Shown here one piece after another: positions 21,725-33,366 of a stretch of 64,000 bases of DNA. Under the pieces are notes generated by a model. It was not told where the DNA came from. It worked only from the letters and a program-made list of their open reading frames with translations, and made no database searches. Position numbers and translations under genes: made by a program. Origin of the DNA: an uncultured Chthonomonadaceae bacterium (GTDB lineage: Bacteria; Armatimonadota; Chthonomonadetes; Chthonomonadales; Chthonomonadaceae); the NCBI GenBank assembly GCA_963817895.1, contig CAWFQB010000006.1, positions 224,001-288,000 on the forward strand, written 5' to 3'. Within the stretch, counting starts at the first letter, position 1, and each line of letters begins with the position of its first letter.

Positions 21725-22497
21725 TAGAATCCATCATCTTGTGTGAAGGCTATCACGACCGAGCATTTTGGTCAGGTTTATTGTTATCCCTGAACTGCAT
21801 TGATAAGGGTATTATTCCCGGCAGCGGCAAGCGTCGTAAGGTAGACGACATTGATGGCGTGAAAGTGGAGGCAGGACAGTTTTACTACTACACGCAAAGT
21901 GGGAACGGAGTAAGAATTGTGCCTTGTCAGGGTAAAGACAGAATTCTTTCAATGTTCGACTCCTACCTGGAGCGGCGCAACACAAAGTCATTCGCGCGTT
22001 TTGTCATCAATGTTGATCCAGACACGGATGCGGCTAATCCGACTGACAAAACGACCGGCCTGCGCGTAGAGGATGTGCTGCGTCGCGTACAACAGCCGCA
22101 ATTTGATCCGTTGGCGCAAGTGGATGGTAACAGCGAGATTGTTATAGATCAAGGCGGCAGCCGAATTGCATTGGTACGGTGGGAAGTGGCGGATGCTTCC
22201 GGCGCGGGAATGCCCAATCAGCAGACGTTGGAACGGCTTGTTTGCGCGGCGATTGTGGCGGCGTATCCGGCGCGAGGGGCGCATGTGCAAAACTGGCTGG
22301 ATACAAGGCCGGGCGCGCCGCCGTTCAGTGTCAAGGAGTTTGCGTGGTCGCACATGGCAGGATGGTATGCCGAACACGGCTGCGACGATTTCTACCGTTG
22401 CCTGTGGGAGGACGTTGCTGTTAAAGCTGAATTGAAAACTCGGCTGCAATCTTCCGGGGCGTGGCAGATTGCGCAAACGCTGGCGAATGAAATATAA
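21721..22497 (+). CDS. TOPRIM-like protein (DUF3226-like), coupled to the ATPase
   Basis: IILCEGYHD (TOPRIM Glu) and NVDPD (DxD); GTGA overlap with the ATPase stop. Confidence 0.6.
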   Translation: MIESIILCEGYHDRAFWSGLLLSLNCIDKGIIPGSGKRRKVDDIDGVKVEAGQFYYYTQSGNGVRIVPCQGKDRILSMFDSYLERRNTKSFARFVINVDPDTDAANPTDKTTGLRVEDVLRRVQQPQFDPLAQVDGNSEIVIDQGGSRIALVRWEVADASGAGMPNQQTLERLVCAAIVAAYPARGAHVQNWLDTRPGAPPFSVKEFAWSHMAGWYAEHGCDDFYRCLWEDVAVKAELKTRLQSSGAWQIAQTLANEI

Positions 22498-22640
22498 TGG
22501 GCCGTTATGAAATGGCAGGCAACCTTTCCGCGATAGCGGCGTACAGATAATAAATTAAAGTGTGGAAGTTGATTGAAAAATCGCAAGAAGTATTTTGCGA
22601 TAATGCTGTTTGTGTCCATACATGGAAAAGGAGCGAAAAC

Positions 22641-23348
22641 ATGGATGCTGTGAAACGAAGTGGGGGTTTATGCCTGCCAATTCTGCTGATGGCCTGGATG
22701 CTGTTGGCGGCAGGACTGACTGCCAGCCGCGCTGACGATGACGTCAAGGTGCCTGCGGACGCGCCGCGCGTGGCTGTGATTCCGTTCGGGAATCAGGATG
22801 GCACGGACGGGGCGCGCGAAAAGTGCGCGTCCGCGCTGCGCATTTTTATTGAAAAGCGGGGCTACCGCGTGGTGGAAGGCGACTCGGTGAAGAAAGCCTA
22901 TGAGGATGCCACCGGCGAAACACCGGGAAGCAAAGACAAAGCGCTAACCCTGCGCGACAAAGACCTGCTGAAAGTGGGCCGCGCCCTGAAAGTGGATTAC
23001 GTGATAGGCGCGAACCTGAAATGGCACACCAAATCCATTTATGTGTTCCCGACCCTGCGCACCAAAGCCGATTGCAGCGTGGACGCGCTTGTCGTCAACG
23101 TAGAAAAGTCCGAAGTGGTTTTGGACAAGCATGATGTGAAGAAGGACTCGGAGAATAAGAATGCGGCGGCGGGCGTCGCCGCCGTTCTGGGCGGGCTGGG
23201 CTACGGCGCGATTTCCGGTGGTCCGAAAACCCCGCCGCAGACCAAAGCCGGAGTTACCGCGTTGTACACTGCGCTGGAAGAATTCGTAGGCACGTCCTCC
23301 GGCCCGCGCAAGATCAACGACAAAGACGAAGGCAAAGGCAAAAAGTAG
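22641..23348 (+). CDS. secreted hypothetical protein (CsgG/LpoB-like alpha/beta fold possible)
   Basis: RBS AGGAG, signal peptide, RVAVIPFGN, VGRALKVDYVI. Confidence 0.55.
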   Translation: MDAVKRSGGLCLPILLMAWMLLAAGLTASRADDDVKVPADAPRVAVIPFGNQDGTDGAREKCASALRIFIEKRGYRVVEGDSVKKAYEDATGETPGSKDKALTLRDKDLLKVGRALKVDYVIGANLKWHTKSIYVFPTLRTKADCSVDALVVNVEKSEVVLDKHDVKKDSENKNAAAGVAAVLGGLGYGAISGGPKTPPQTKAGVTALYTALEEFVGTSSGPRKINDKDEGKGKK

Positions 23349-23457
23349 CCCATTCTATTTTGCTGCTCAAAAACTTCGTCTGCGCTACCGAAACGCGCCC
23401 TGTACAACGTTGTAACCCATTGTGCAGGGCGCGCGAACATGATGTAATGAGTCAGTC

Positions 23458-23487
23458 TTGACAGTGGAAGTTCCTATTTTGTATAGA
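23458..23487 (+). promoter_or_regulatory. sigma70-like promoter
   Basis: TTGACA - 18 nt - TATAGA. Confidence 0.4.
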
Positions 23488-23704
23488 AGTGTGTTGCTGA
23501 AGCGCATACTATGATATGCTGGATTTTAATTGCGCGAATAGGCGCAACATTCTGCTGCCGGGATTGTCTGTAACTGCAAGCGGTTCCCATGCGGAACTAT
23601 AAGTTAAGTTATATCCATCAACCAATTCTGTTATATCTATTTGCGTTCGTTCGCGTGTATTCGCGGCTAACTTTGCATTATTCCGAAGGACGGGGACAAA
23701 ACTC

Positions 23705-25079
23705 ATGCTGGATGTGGATGCGGGACGAGGGCCGATACAGTGCGATGGCATGTCGCGCCGCAACTTTTCTGCGTTTGGGCGCGTTGTCTGTTTTAGGGTT
23801 GACCCTGCCGGATATGCTGCGTCTGGAAGCGGCTAACGCCGCCACGCGCGCAACGGATGCGGCAAGCGCGGTAAGCGCGGCGGGTAAAATGGCGAAGAAA
23901 ACCCGCGCCAAAAACGTCCTGCTGATCTATCTCGGCGGCGGTCTGACGCACCACGACACTTTTGATCCCAAGCCCGACGCTCCGCAGGAAATCCGGGGCA
24001 AGTACGGCACGATTCCGACCGGGCTTGCGGGCATACGCTTTTCCAGCATGATGCCGGAAATGGCGAAAATCACCGACATTTACGCCCTGTGCCGTTCGCA
24101 GGTTACGGGCAGCGACCACCACGAAACTGCCGCGCAGTGGATGCTCACGGGCAACTACGGCGTGATGCAGGGCGGCGATTACCCGTCTATCGGCAGCATC
24201 GTCACGCACGAAACCACGCCGCTCAACACGCTTCCTCCCTATGTCGCCGTGCCGAAAAACCACTCTTTTACGTGGGAATTGGGCAAAGCCGCGTTTCTGG
24301 GCGAACGGTACGAGTCGTTCAAGTCCGGCAATGTGGGCGATAAAAACTGGCAGGTTCCCAACCTCTCCCTGCTTGCCGATGTGCCGCAGGAACGATTAGC
24401 GCGGCGCGAAAACATGCTTCATGCCATTGACAATCTCGCCCGGCGCGTGGAGGGCAGCGACCAGTTGGGCTCGATGGACACGTTTTATCAGCGCGCCACG
24501 CAGATGATTTTGTCTTCGGAAGCCCGCAACGCCTTCGACCTGACCAAAGAGGACGCGAAAACGCAGGAAGCCTACGGTAAGGATTTCTGGGGACGGCAGG
24601 CGTTGCTTTCCCGGCGCTTGATCGAGGGCGGCGTCCGGTTCGTGCTGCTCGGTCAGGGTGGCTGGGACATGCACGGCAAAATTTTCGAGGCGTGCGATAA
24701 CAGCCTGCCCCGCTTCGATAAGTCTATCGCCACCCTGCTGAAAGATATGAAACAGCGCGGGCTGTTGGAAGATACCCTTGTCGCCATGTACGGCGATTTC
24801 GGGCGCACGAGCAAAATCAACAAGGACGCGGGACGCGACCACTGGGGCAATGCGGGCGTGATGCTGTTCGCGGGCGCGGGCGTCAGGGGCGGGCAGGTGA
24901 TCGGCACAACGGATGAGCGCGGCGAATACGTCACGGAACGCCCCATCCGCCCACCAGAAGTAGCCGCGACGATTTACAGCGCGTTGGGCATTGATTACGA
25001 GAAAACCCTGCTCACGCCCCAATCCCGCCCCGTCGCCATTTTGCCGGAATGTGAACCCATCCACGAGTTGTGGAAGTGA
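23705..25079 (+). CDS. DUF1501 domain protein (Planctomycete type); frameshift at T4 near 23766
   Basis: ATG 23705 reads MLDV..QCDGMSRRNF|LRLGAL; GGLTHHDTFDPKP, GGWDMH, GDFGRT, GRDHW. Confidence 0.9.
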
Positions 25080-25152
25080 AAAGTTGAACCTCAAAGGGGC
25101 AAAGACCGCAAAGAAAAAGTAAGAACATGATTAGGTAAAAGGAACCCTGCCT

Positions 25153-26292
25153 GTGAGCCGCGTCGAGGAAATAATACAACTTCTGACAAGCGCGGAACCT
25201 CGGCAGGGTTCGCGCGTTGTGGCAGCATCAATAGTGGAGGAGTATCGGCAGCTTTCGATGTTGGAGGGGCGCGAACTGGCCCGTTTCGCGCTGACAATCC
25301 TTGACAGCGCAGGGGAACAGCAGGTCGCGGCAGATTTGGGCGAGAGGATGCTGCTGCATCTGGCGTGTCTGGTTCCCGGCGCGTTGGATGGCCTCCATGC
25401 GAAACTGTTGACGCGTGAAATCGTCTATCCGCCCGAACTGTTCCGGGGCGCAGACGCGCAAACGCGCGATCAACTGCTGGCCTGGCTCAATGGAGACGCC
25501 GAACTCGCCTTCTCTGTTTCCGGCGATCATCTGTTAAAGGCGCTGGCATGTATCGAAGATGAAACCGTACAGGCTGTATTTCGGCAGTGGCAACAAACGC
25601 CGCCGGAATGGCGTTCCGCGCTGTATATTCCGCCGGAAGCCTATGCCCATGAAGCGGGCTGGCATCTCATGGCACAGGGCGAGTATCGCCGCCTGTTTTT
25701 CGACACCTGTTACGAGTTGATGCGGCGCGACCTTACTCAAGACGCGGAATCCGTCAGCCCGGTACGCGCGATTTTGCCGCATGAAGACGTGTGCCTGTGG
25801 TGCGGACTGCATCTGCAAACCCTTTTTAATTTCGATTTGCAAGACCCGCGCCTTGCCTTTCTACATTTATCCGGCGCTCAGTTACGTGTCGCCTTTTGCC
25901 GACGCTGCTCCACGTTCGGATATGTTTTCACTGAAGTGGATATGCAGGGTGGATCGCGCTGGAGCAAACTCAACCACAAGCCTGACTTTATCGGCCACGA
26001 AGACTCGGCGTGGAACCTGCCGCAAGATACGCTTGTCTTGAATCGTTTGCGGCGTTCACCTTACGAAGCCCATCAGTTTGTGATGTACGATGTACCGGGC
26101 GCGTCACAGGTAGGCGGACATCCGATGTGGATACAGGACGCGGAATACCCGGCTTGTCCACGCTGTCAGGAACCGATGCCTTTCTTGGCGCAACTGCAAA
26201 CCGGCGAGATAGATGCAATGGCAGATGGCGTCATGTATGCGTTTCTATGCGTCGCCTGCATGCTTGCCACGACTTCTTATCAGGGTACTTGA
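25153..26292 (+). CDS. DUF1963-like domain protein
   Basis: C-terminal SQVGGHPMWIQDAEYPACPRCQEPMPFLAQL..GVMYAFLC. Confidence 0.6.
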   Translation: MSRVEEIIQLLTSAEPRQGSRVVAASIVEEYRQLSMLEGRELARFALTILDSAGEQQVAADLGERMLLHLACLVPGALDGLHAKLLTREIVYPPELFRGADAQTRDQLLAWLNGDAELAFSVSGDHLLKALACIEDETVQAVFRQWQQTPPEWRSALYIPPEAYAHEAGWHLMAQGEYRRLFFDTCYELMRRDLTQDAESVSPVRAILPHEDVCLWCGLHLQTLFNFDLQDPRLAFLHLSGAQLRVAFCRRCSTFGYVFTEVDMQGGSRWSKLNHKPDFIGHEDSAWNLPQDTLVLNRLRRSPYEAHQFVMYDVPGASQVGGHPMWIQDAEYPACPRCQEPMPFLAQLQTGEIDAMADGVMYAFLCVACMLATTSYQGT

Positions 26293-26295
26293 CCT

Positions 26296-27255
26296 ATGAA
26301 AACATCCTTGTGCATCCCTGCGATTTTGGTTCTGTCCGCCGCTTCTGTGACCGCGCAGCGCGAAACCTATATTCCTGCATTGGGCGTCAACGCCAGTTTG
26401 AATGGTTATCGCCCGTTTCCCGCTTCCGATGCGTGGAATACTCCGATTGACAAAGCGCCGGTTGATCCCAACTCCGACGCGCTGATTGCCAGTATCGGGC
26501 GCGACAAACCTTTGCATCCCGACTTCGGCACAACCTACAACGGAACGCCGAGCGGCATCCCCTACGTTGTCGCATCCGGTAACACGCCCCGCGTTCCCGT
26601 GACTTTCGAGTATAAGGATGAAAGCGACCCCGGCCCGTATCCTGTTCCCGCCAGTGCGCAAATCGAAGGCGGGCCGAACAGCAAGGGCGACCGCCATATT
26701 CTTGTTCTTGACCGCGACAACTGGAAGTTGTACGAACTGTTCAGCGCGTACCCGCAAACCCTCAACGGCAAAACCGGCTGGAAAGCGGGCAGCGGCGCGA
26801 TCTTCGACTTGAAAACCAATGCGCCCCGTCCCGCCGGATGGACGAGCGCGGATGCCGCCGGACTGCCCATCTTTCCCGGCCTTGTACGCTACGATGAAGC
26901 CGTAATACAAAAAGAGATACGCCACGCGCTGCGGTTTACGATTGTGCGCAGCCGCCATGCGTATGTACCGCCCGCCCGCCACTTCGCCAGTTCCAAAACC
27001 GATCCGAACCTGCCGCCCATGGGGATGCGCGTCCGCCTGAGAGCCGATGTGGATATTTCCCGCTTTCCCGTTTGCTGTCAGGTGATTTTGAAATGCCTGC
27101 AAACCTACGGTATGATTGTGGCGGATAACGGCAGCGATTGGTTCATATCCGGCGCTCCCGACTCGCGCTGGAACGACGACGAGTTGGGCGCGTTAAAGCG
27201 TATCAAAGGCAGCGATTTCGAGGTTGTCAAGATGGGGCCGCTTACGATAAGGTGA
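26296..27255 (+). CDS. secreted conserved hypothetical protein
   Basis: Signal peptide; conserved-looking blocks GDRHILV, GWTSADAAGLPIFPGLVRYDE, YGMIVADNGS. Confidence 0.7.
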   Translation: MKTSLCIPAILVLSAASVTAQRETYIPALGVNASLNGYRPFPASDAWNTPIDKAPVDPNSDALIASIGRDKPLHPDFGTTYNGTPSGIPYVVASGNTPRVPVTFEYKDESDPGPYPVPASAQIEGGPNSKGDRHILVLDRDNWKLYELFSAYPQTLNGKTGWKAGSGAIFDLKTNAPRPAGWTSADAAGLPIFPGLVRYDEAVIQKEIRHALRFTIVRSRHAYVPPARHFASSKTDPNLPPMGMRVRLRADVDISRFPVCCQVILKCLQTYGMIVADNGSDWFISGAPDSRWNDDELGALKRIKGSDFEVVKMGPLTIR

Positions 27256-27352
27256 AGAAGAGGAGGGTAAAAAAGAGATTAGCCGCGAATGAACGCGAAT
27301 ACACGCGAATGTAGGCAGGAATAGAAGCGAGATGCGTCAGAAATAAACGCGC

Positions 27353-27850
27353 CTATGCTTCGTCCTTATCGTTAAGAAGTTTTTGCAGTTCGAGCAGTTC
27401 CAGAATGTGCGCCTGATCTTTGGGGCGGTTGGCGGCGCGTTTCATGGAAAGCAGGTCAGGAATGGAAGCGACATGAACCGCAATGCTTTCCACTTCCATT
27501 ACGACAGACCGCTCCCATAAACCGTCAAACGATTCTGTCCCGGCGGCTTCGCCAAGTATGTCCACATCGCCAATACTCATTGTGAGCGTGAAGTTCAGCC
27601 CTGACTTGAGCGTTCGCGCATCCCACAAGAATGGCAAATCAGGAGGAACGCCGCGCAATCGTGGCTTGTAAGGCGCGAAAGCGGACGCTAATGTCGTTAA
27701 GTTCGCCGGGTCACGCGCATAACAGATGTCAAGATCGTCCGTAAGGTGGGCGCAGCCGTGCAGACGCATCGCCACGCCGCCAATCAGCACGTACCGAACA
27801 TTTTGCGCGTTGAGTACGTTGAGAATGTGCAGAATCTCATCAAGTTCCAC
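27353..27850 (-). CDS. nucleotidyltransferase superfamily protein
   Basis: YVLIGGVA..HG..LTDDLD (GG..DxD) and K..ANRPKD motifs. Confidence 0.8.
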   Translation of the reverse strand: MELDEILHILNVLNAQNVRYVLIGGVAMRLHGCAHLTDDLDICYARDPANLTTLASAFAPYKPRLRGVPPDLPFLWDARTLKSGLNFTLTMSIGDVDILGEAAGTESFDGLWERSVVMEVESIAVHVASIPDLLSMKRAANRPKDQAHILELLELQKLLNDKDEA

Positions 27851-28067
27851 TATTCCGTCCTCCTGTTAGAACCGCGCTACGTCGAAACATTTTTCTCAAT
27901 CGTTCTGTTGGCGTGAGTTTCAGATTGGCGCGAAGAAGGGAAATGTCTACGCCGCTTTCGGATTGTTCGCCAAAGCCGCGCGTGAACGCCTGAAACTGCT
28001 CCCACTGCTCCGGCGTCATGCCAAGTCTGTCTTCCGGTTCCTCTACCTCTGTTTGCGAATCGCTCAT
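27840..28067 (-). CDS. small partner protein upstream of the nucleotidyltransferase
   Basis: MSDSQTEV..GVDISLLRANLKLTPTERLR; overlaps the NTase start; RBS GAGG upstream. Confidence 0.6.
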   Translation of the reverse strand: MSDSQTEVEEPEDRLGMTPEQWEQFQAFTRGFGEQSESGVDISLLRANLKLTPTERLRKMFRRSAVLTGGRNSGT

Positions 28068-28081
28068 GATTGATTTGCCTC

Positions 28082-28525
28082 TTATACCTGCGTGTCCTGA
28101 TTGTAGGCGATGCGAAGGCGCGTGAGGAACAGCGGGTTCAGATGGTCGAAATCCGCGTCCGTTGTCAGCAGCCTGAAATTTGATACGCTGGCGACAGCCG
28201 CAATCCATAAATCATTCTTGCCCATTATGATGCCTCTCCTGTGACTGTACTCATCAATGGATGCGTAGGCCGTGTAAATTTCCGGCGTTTCTATCGAGTA
28301 GGGAATAAAGTAGCTGAGCATAAAGAGCATCTGCTTCACTCTGTCACGCCCCCAATTATTTGTGTTGGCAAATGAACGAATTTCGCCGTTTGTCACCGTA
28401 CAATAGCCGGGTCTAACTTCGGTCATAAATGGGTCAAACTCTGTTTTGATGCGCAGTCCGGTATAATTGCCACGAATCAAATGTACAAAAATGTTTGTGT
28501 CCATTATATCAGCGTTTGGAACCAT
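28082..28525 (-). CDS. vapC: PIN-domain (VapC-like) toxin
   Basis: IMDTNI, GE, GKNDLWIAA, LLTTDADF. Confidence 0.85.
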   Translation of the reverse strand: MVPNADIMDTNIFVHLIRGNYTGLRIKTEFDPFMTEVRPGYCTVTNGEIRSFANTNNWGRDRVKQMLFMLSYFIPYSIETPEIYTAYASIDEYSHRRGIIMGKNDLWIAAVASVSNFRLLTTDADFDHLNPLFLTRLRIAYNQDTQV

Positions 28526-28527
28526 CG

Positions 28528-28875
28528 TCAGGACATCTCCTTTAGTATCGCGATGACTTCTTCGTCCGTAAGGTTGTCGCGCAATTTGCCGAAGACCATG
28601 TCGGCCAGTGTTTTACCGGGTGGTAAAGGGCGCGGCGGCGGCGCGGATGCCAGAGCGCGGCAACGCGCTTCAGCAAGTTGCTCCGGGGTTCGGTTCGTGA
28701 GGCGGGCCAACGTTTCTTCGTAGTAGCTCGGCTCCGACCACGCATACAGGTGCAATCTTTCAAGAGTGCCTTCCAGCATATCGTGGGCGCAATCAGCGAC
28801 GCTCAATCCGCTCTCCTGCGCCAACCCCTCCAATTTTCGCTGCATTTCCTCCGAAACGGTAACGGTAATTTCCAT
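28528..28875 (-). CDS. putative antitoxin (RHH-like N-terminus)
   Basis: MEITVTVSEEMQRKLEGLAQESGLSV; RBS GAGGAGGT; directly upstream of the PIN gene. Confidence 0.65.
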   Translation of the reverse strand: MEITVTVSEEMQRKLEGLAQESGLSVADCAHDMLEGTLERLHLYAWSEPSYYEETLARLTNRTPEQLAEARCRALASAPPPRPLPPGKTLADMVFGKLRDNLTDEEVIAILKEMS

Positions 28876-29041
28876 CGGATACCTCCTCATCTCTGCCGAA
28901 CGGTCAGGCAGGGCAATTGTTCGCTGCCGTTGGCGTAAATCACGTTGCTCATGCTTCTATTATACTCCGGTTTATGGGCAGTGTTCCTTTGCGCTGTCAA
29001 CGCGCCTGCAACAAATCCGCTTTCTTGTGTTCCAACAGGGT

Positions 29042-30407
<1,366 letters not shown>

Positions 30408-30409
<2 letters not shown>

Positions 30410-30909
30410 CCACGGGGGACACGGGGAACACGGGGGAGGAAAGGGGAAGAAAATATGGGGAACAACACTGAGAACGAAGAACTGGTGGATTGTGAGAATG
30501 AATTGATTTCCAGAGTGTTGGATGCGGCTACGGTTGTGCATCGGCAACTTGGACCGGGGTTGTTGGAGTCAGTTTATGAATTGGCGCTCATGGTAGAACT
30601 GAAAGCTATGGGGATTGCGGCGCAGAAAGAAGTGGAAGTTCCGGTTTACTATCGCGGGCAGTGCCTCGGCACAGGTTTTCGCGCCGACATCATCGTGGAA
30701 AACTGCCTCTTGCTGGAATTAAAGGCTGTTGACGAGTTGAACGCCGTTCATCAGGCGCAAATCATGACCTACCTCAAACTGCTGAAGTTCAAGCGTGGCT
30801 ACCTGTTAAACTTTAATCGCGTCTTAATGAAGGAGGGCATCAAACGTGTTTCCATCTAATTTTTTATCCCTCCCCTCTCCCCCCCGTGTTCCCCGTGTCC
30901 CCCGTGGTT
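30408..30909. mobile_element. putative cassette: GxxExxY gene bounded by perfect 29-bp inverted repeats
   Basis: 30408-30436 AACCACGGGGGACACGGGGAACACGGGGG is the exact reverse complement of 30881-30909. Confidence 0.55.
30455..30859 (+). CDS. GxxExxY protein (PD-(D/E)XK nuclease fold)
   Basis: VHRQLGPGLLESVYE, FRADIIVE, LELKAV, AQIMTYLK, GYLLNF. Confidence 0.9.
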   Translation: MGNNTENEELVDCENELISRVLDAATVVHRQLGPGLLESVYELALMVELKAMGIAAQKEVEVPVYYRGQCLGTGFRADIIVENCLLLELKAVDELNAVHQAQIMTYLKLLKFKRGYLLNFNRVLMKEGIKRVSI

Positions 30910-31649
30910 TAATCCTCCTCTGCCTACTATGGTGCGGCGTGGTTGTCCGGGCCGATGTCAAGCCGGAAATAAAATCCCGTTCCGTCCCCTACGTGGTGGT
31001 CGGCAAGCCGGTCACGATTACGTTTTATGGCGAGAATTTGACGCCCAGGGAAGTAAAAGCGAATAAGCCGGGTGTCACCGTAAAATTGGGCGCGATGAAG
31101 GCGACAGAGGGGGACGACAAGAAAAAAGGCCGTCAGAAGGTAGACGTGGAAGTGACAACGATGCTGACATGCCCACCCGAAAACGTAGAATTGACCTTCA
31201 CGCAGCCGGACGGCGGCAAGGTGGCAGCGCAAATTCCACTCGTGGACAGCGCGGCAACCGAAGTAAAAGAGAAAAAGCCGAGCGGCACGTTTGCGCAGGC
31301 AATGCCGTTAATCCTGACATCTGATTCTTCTCTGGCTGTCACCGGGAACGTGGAGAATGACACGCCCTCCACATTCAAGTTCGAGGCGAAGGCGGGCGAG
31401 GTTTGGATGTTTCGCGTGTTTGCGGGGCGGGGCGACTCGACGCTTGATCCCGTCGTCAGAATTCGGGACAGGAGGCATATCTCGCTGACGCTTGCGGTCG
31501 GGGACGCCAAGAAAGACCGCCAAATCGTTTTTACGGTTCCCGGATCAGGAACCTACTATCTGGAAATCATGGATGAGCAGAGTCGCGGCGGCGGCGGTTT
31601 CACGTATCGGCTTACAGTGCAGCAAGGAAAGGCTACGCCAAAGCAGTAA
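30846..31649 (+). CDS. secreted PPC (pre-peptidase C-terminal)/Ig-like domain protein; N-terminus reads through the repeat arm
   Basis: PRVPRVPR encoded by the repeat, then a signal peptide; FKFEAKAGE..DSTLDPVVRI..F..PGSGTYYLEI.D..YRL. Confidence 0.7.
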   Translation: MFPSNFLSLPSPPRVPRVPRGLILLCLLWCGVVVRADVKPEIKSRSVPYVVVGKPVTITFYGENLTPREVKANKPGVTVKLGAMKATEGDDKKKGRQKVDVEVTTMLTCPPENVELTFTQPDGGKVAAQIPLVDSAATEVKEKKPSGTFAQAMPLILTSDSSLAVTGNVENDTPSTFKFEAKAGEVWMFRVFAGRGDSTLDPVVRIRDRRHISLTLAVGDAKKDRQIVFTVPGSGTYYLEIMDEQSRGGGGFTYRLTVQQGKATPKQ

Positions 31650-31710
31650 TACGCTGTGATGAGCAGAGTATTACTGCCAGCAAACTTTGCTTCGTACAGA
31701 TGCATCCTGC

Positions 31711-31986
31711 TTATGTGAGTTCAGCGATCCGCGCCTTGCCTTCTTCAGTCAGCATGTATTTTCCATGCGCCACTCGTCGAAAGAACTTTTGGTACTTGGG
31801 ATTGACATTCGGTGCCCCACCCGGATGGTCGCATCTCATGCCTTGAAAAATGGCGCACCCGCTCGCCTTCCACGCCGATGGACTCATCTCAGCCTGAACG
31901 CGCACATCTTGTTGAGAAAAGATAATCTTTTCCTGAACAGCCGTTATCAGGGCTACGGATCGGGCAATGCGTTCTGCGTAAGTCAT
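31711..31986 (-). CDS. small hypothetical protein
   Basis: RBS AGGAGG; MTYAERIARS..FFRRVAHGKYMLT. Confidence 0.55.
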   Translation of the reverse strand: MTYAERIARSVALITAVQEKIIFSQQDVRVQAEMSPSAWKASGCAIFQGMRCDHPGGAPNVNPKYQKFFRRVAHGKYMLTEEGKARIAELT

Positions 31987-32073
31987 TTTACATTCCTCCT
32001 GAGTAAATGAGCGTTGCTGGACACAACGCTTTGTTGAAGTTGTCGCACGTTCCGGCATATACTTTTCTCGGAA

Positions 32074-33360
32074 CTAACGGCTGTGGCGCATTCTATAGGC
32101 GCTGTCATGGCGGACTTTGCGTTCCATGTTGCTGAGTTGACGATTGCGGATCGTCTGTGCCAACGCCTGCAATTCGGCAACGCGCTCTGGAGCCAGCAAT
32201 TTCGCATAGTGAGTAACTACCTTGAGCAGTGACTCGGCGGCTTCCTGATATTTACCCTCCTCGGCCATGCGCAAGGCGCGCGTTTCCGCTGTCACGACGC
32301 GCAGTTCCGCCGCTCGACGGCGCACAGGCCAATCGCGGGGCGCGGATTTTGCCGCCCTCTCGGATGCGTAAGTAAACGTGACGGCTGCTCTTTCTGTTTG
32401 AACAGTTTGGCTTTGATCCATATAAGACAGGTCGGCGTTGAATGTCAGGGTTCCGGTCTTGCCCGTAGGCGTAAGAACTTCTGCGCAAAGGACGCGCTTA
32501 CTGCCCGCAAACAGATCACCAAGGGGGATAGTTACTGTCCGTCCCAGCGTCTCATGCGGCAGATCACCGAGCAGATTGAGCGCGGTGCCCGCAGGAATGG
32601 TGAATTTCAGTGTCGTCTGGCGCGCGACAATGCTTTGCAGTTCTCCCAATTCCTGTTGAAACAGCAGCGGGATACTGGATGGATGCTCGATGAAGTGATA
32701 GTTGCCGCCGCCATGCGTAGCAATGCCTTCCAGAAGGAACTCGTTGTAATCAGGCGCGACGCCAAAGGTAGAGGTAGACACGCCCCGTATCCGCATTTCG
32801 CGGGCATGATGTTCCAGAATCTCCCGGTTCGTCTCTCCGTGATTAGCGCAGCCATCCGTGAGCAGCAGGGCGCGATTGATGCCGTGTGGCATCAGATGCG
32901 TGGCGACTTCATTGACGCCGTACAGCCAGCCGTCGAACAGATTGGTGCTGCCGCGCGTCTGCAAGGCGCATATTCGCGCTGTCAAAATGGCCTGTTGTTG
33001 GGCGGTAACAGGCGTGGTTGCAAATATGATTTCCACTTCGTGATCGAAGGCGATAATGGCAACCTGATCGCGTTCCGTCAGGCATTTCAGAACATGGCAG
33101 GCGGCCTGTTTGACAAACTCCAGTTTCTGGCCGGACATGGAGCCACTGCGATCAATAATCAGCGCCAGATTCAGCGGCAGGCGATCTATAGAGCGGACAG
33201 CGTCAGGCGCGGTCACGCTGACTTCCATCAGCCGCTTGGTAACGGTTTCCGCGCTGATAAGCGAACAGTCCTGACTCACTTCCAAACGAACGGCATCGGT
33301 ATTCATGGCAGTAGTCCTTTCCGGTTCTGGCATGTTCTTGAGTTGCGCATCAGAAATCAT
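32074..33360 (-). CDS. VWA domain protein (YfbK-like)
   Basis: MIDAS motif IIDRSGSM, GSTNL, LLTDG. Confidence 0.9.
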   Translation of the reverse strand: MISDAQLKNMPEPERTTAMNTDAVRLEVSQDCSLISAETVTKRLMEVSVTAPDAVRSIDRLPLNLALIIDRSGSMSGQKLEFVKQAACHVLKCLTERDQVAIIAFDHEVEIIFATTPVTAQQQAILTARICALQTRGSTNLFDGWLYGVNEVATHLMPHGINRALLLTDGCANHGETNREILEHHAREMRIRGVSTSTFGVAPDYNEFLLEGIATHGGGNYHFIEHPSSIPLLFQQELGELQSIVARQTTLKFTIPAGTALNLLGDLPHETLGRTVTIPLGDLFAGSKRVLCAEVLTPTGKTGTLTFNADLSYMDQSQTVQTERAAVTFTYASERAAKSAPRDWPVRRRAAELRVVTAETRALRMAEEGKYQEAAESLLKVVTHYAKLLAPERVAELQALAQTIRNRQLSNMERKVRHDSAYRMRHSR

Positions 33361-33366
33361 GCCGGG

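Noticed and set aside
16799..22497. Methylase and ATPase/TOPRIM pair as a single restriction-modification system
   Set aside because: They are separated by the 2.5-kb DUF1549/1553 gene, and nothing in the sequence links them.
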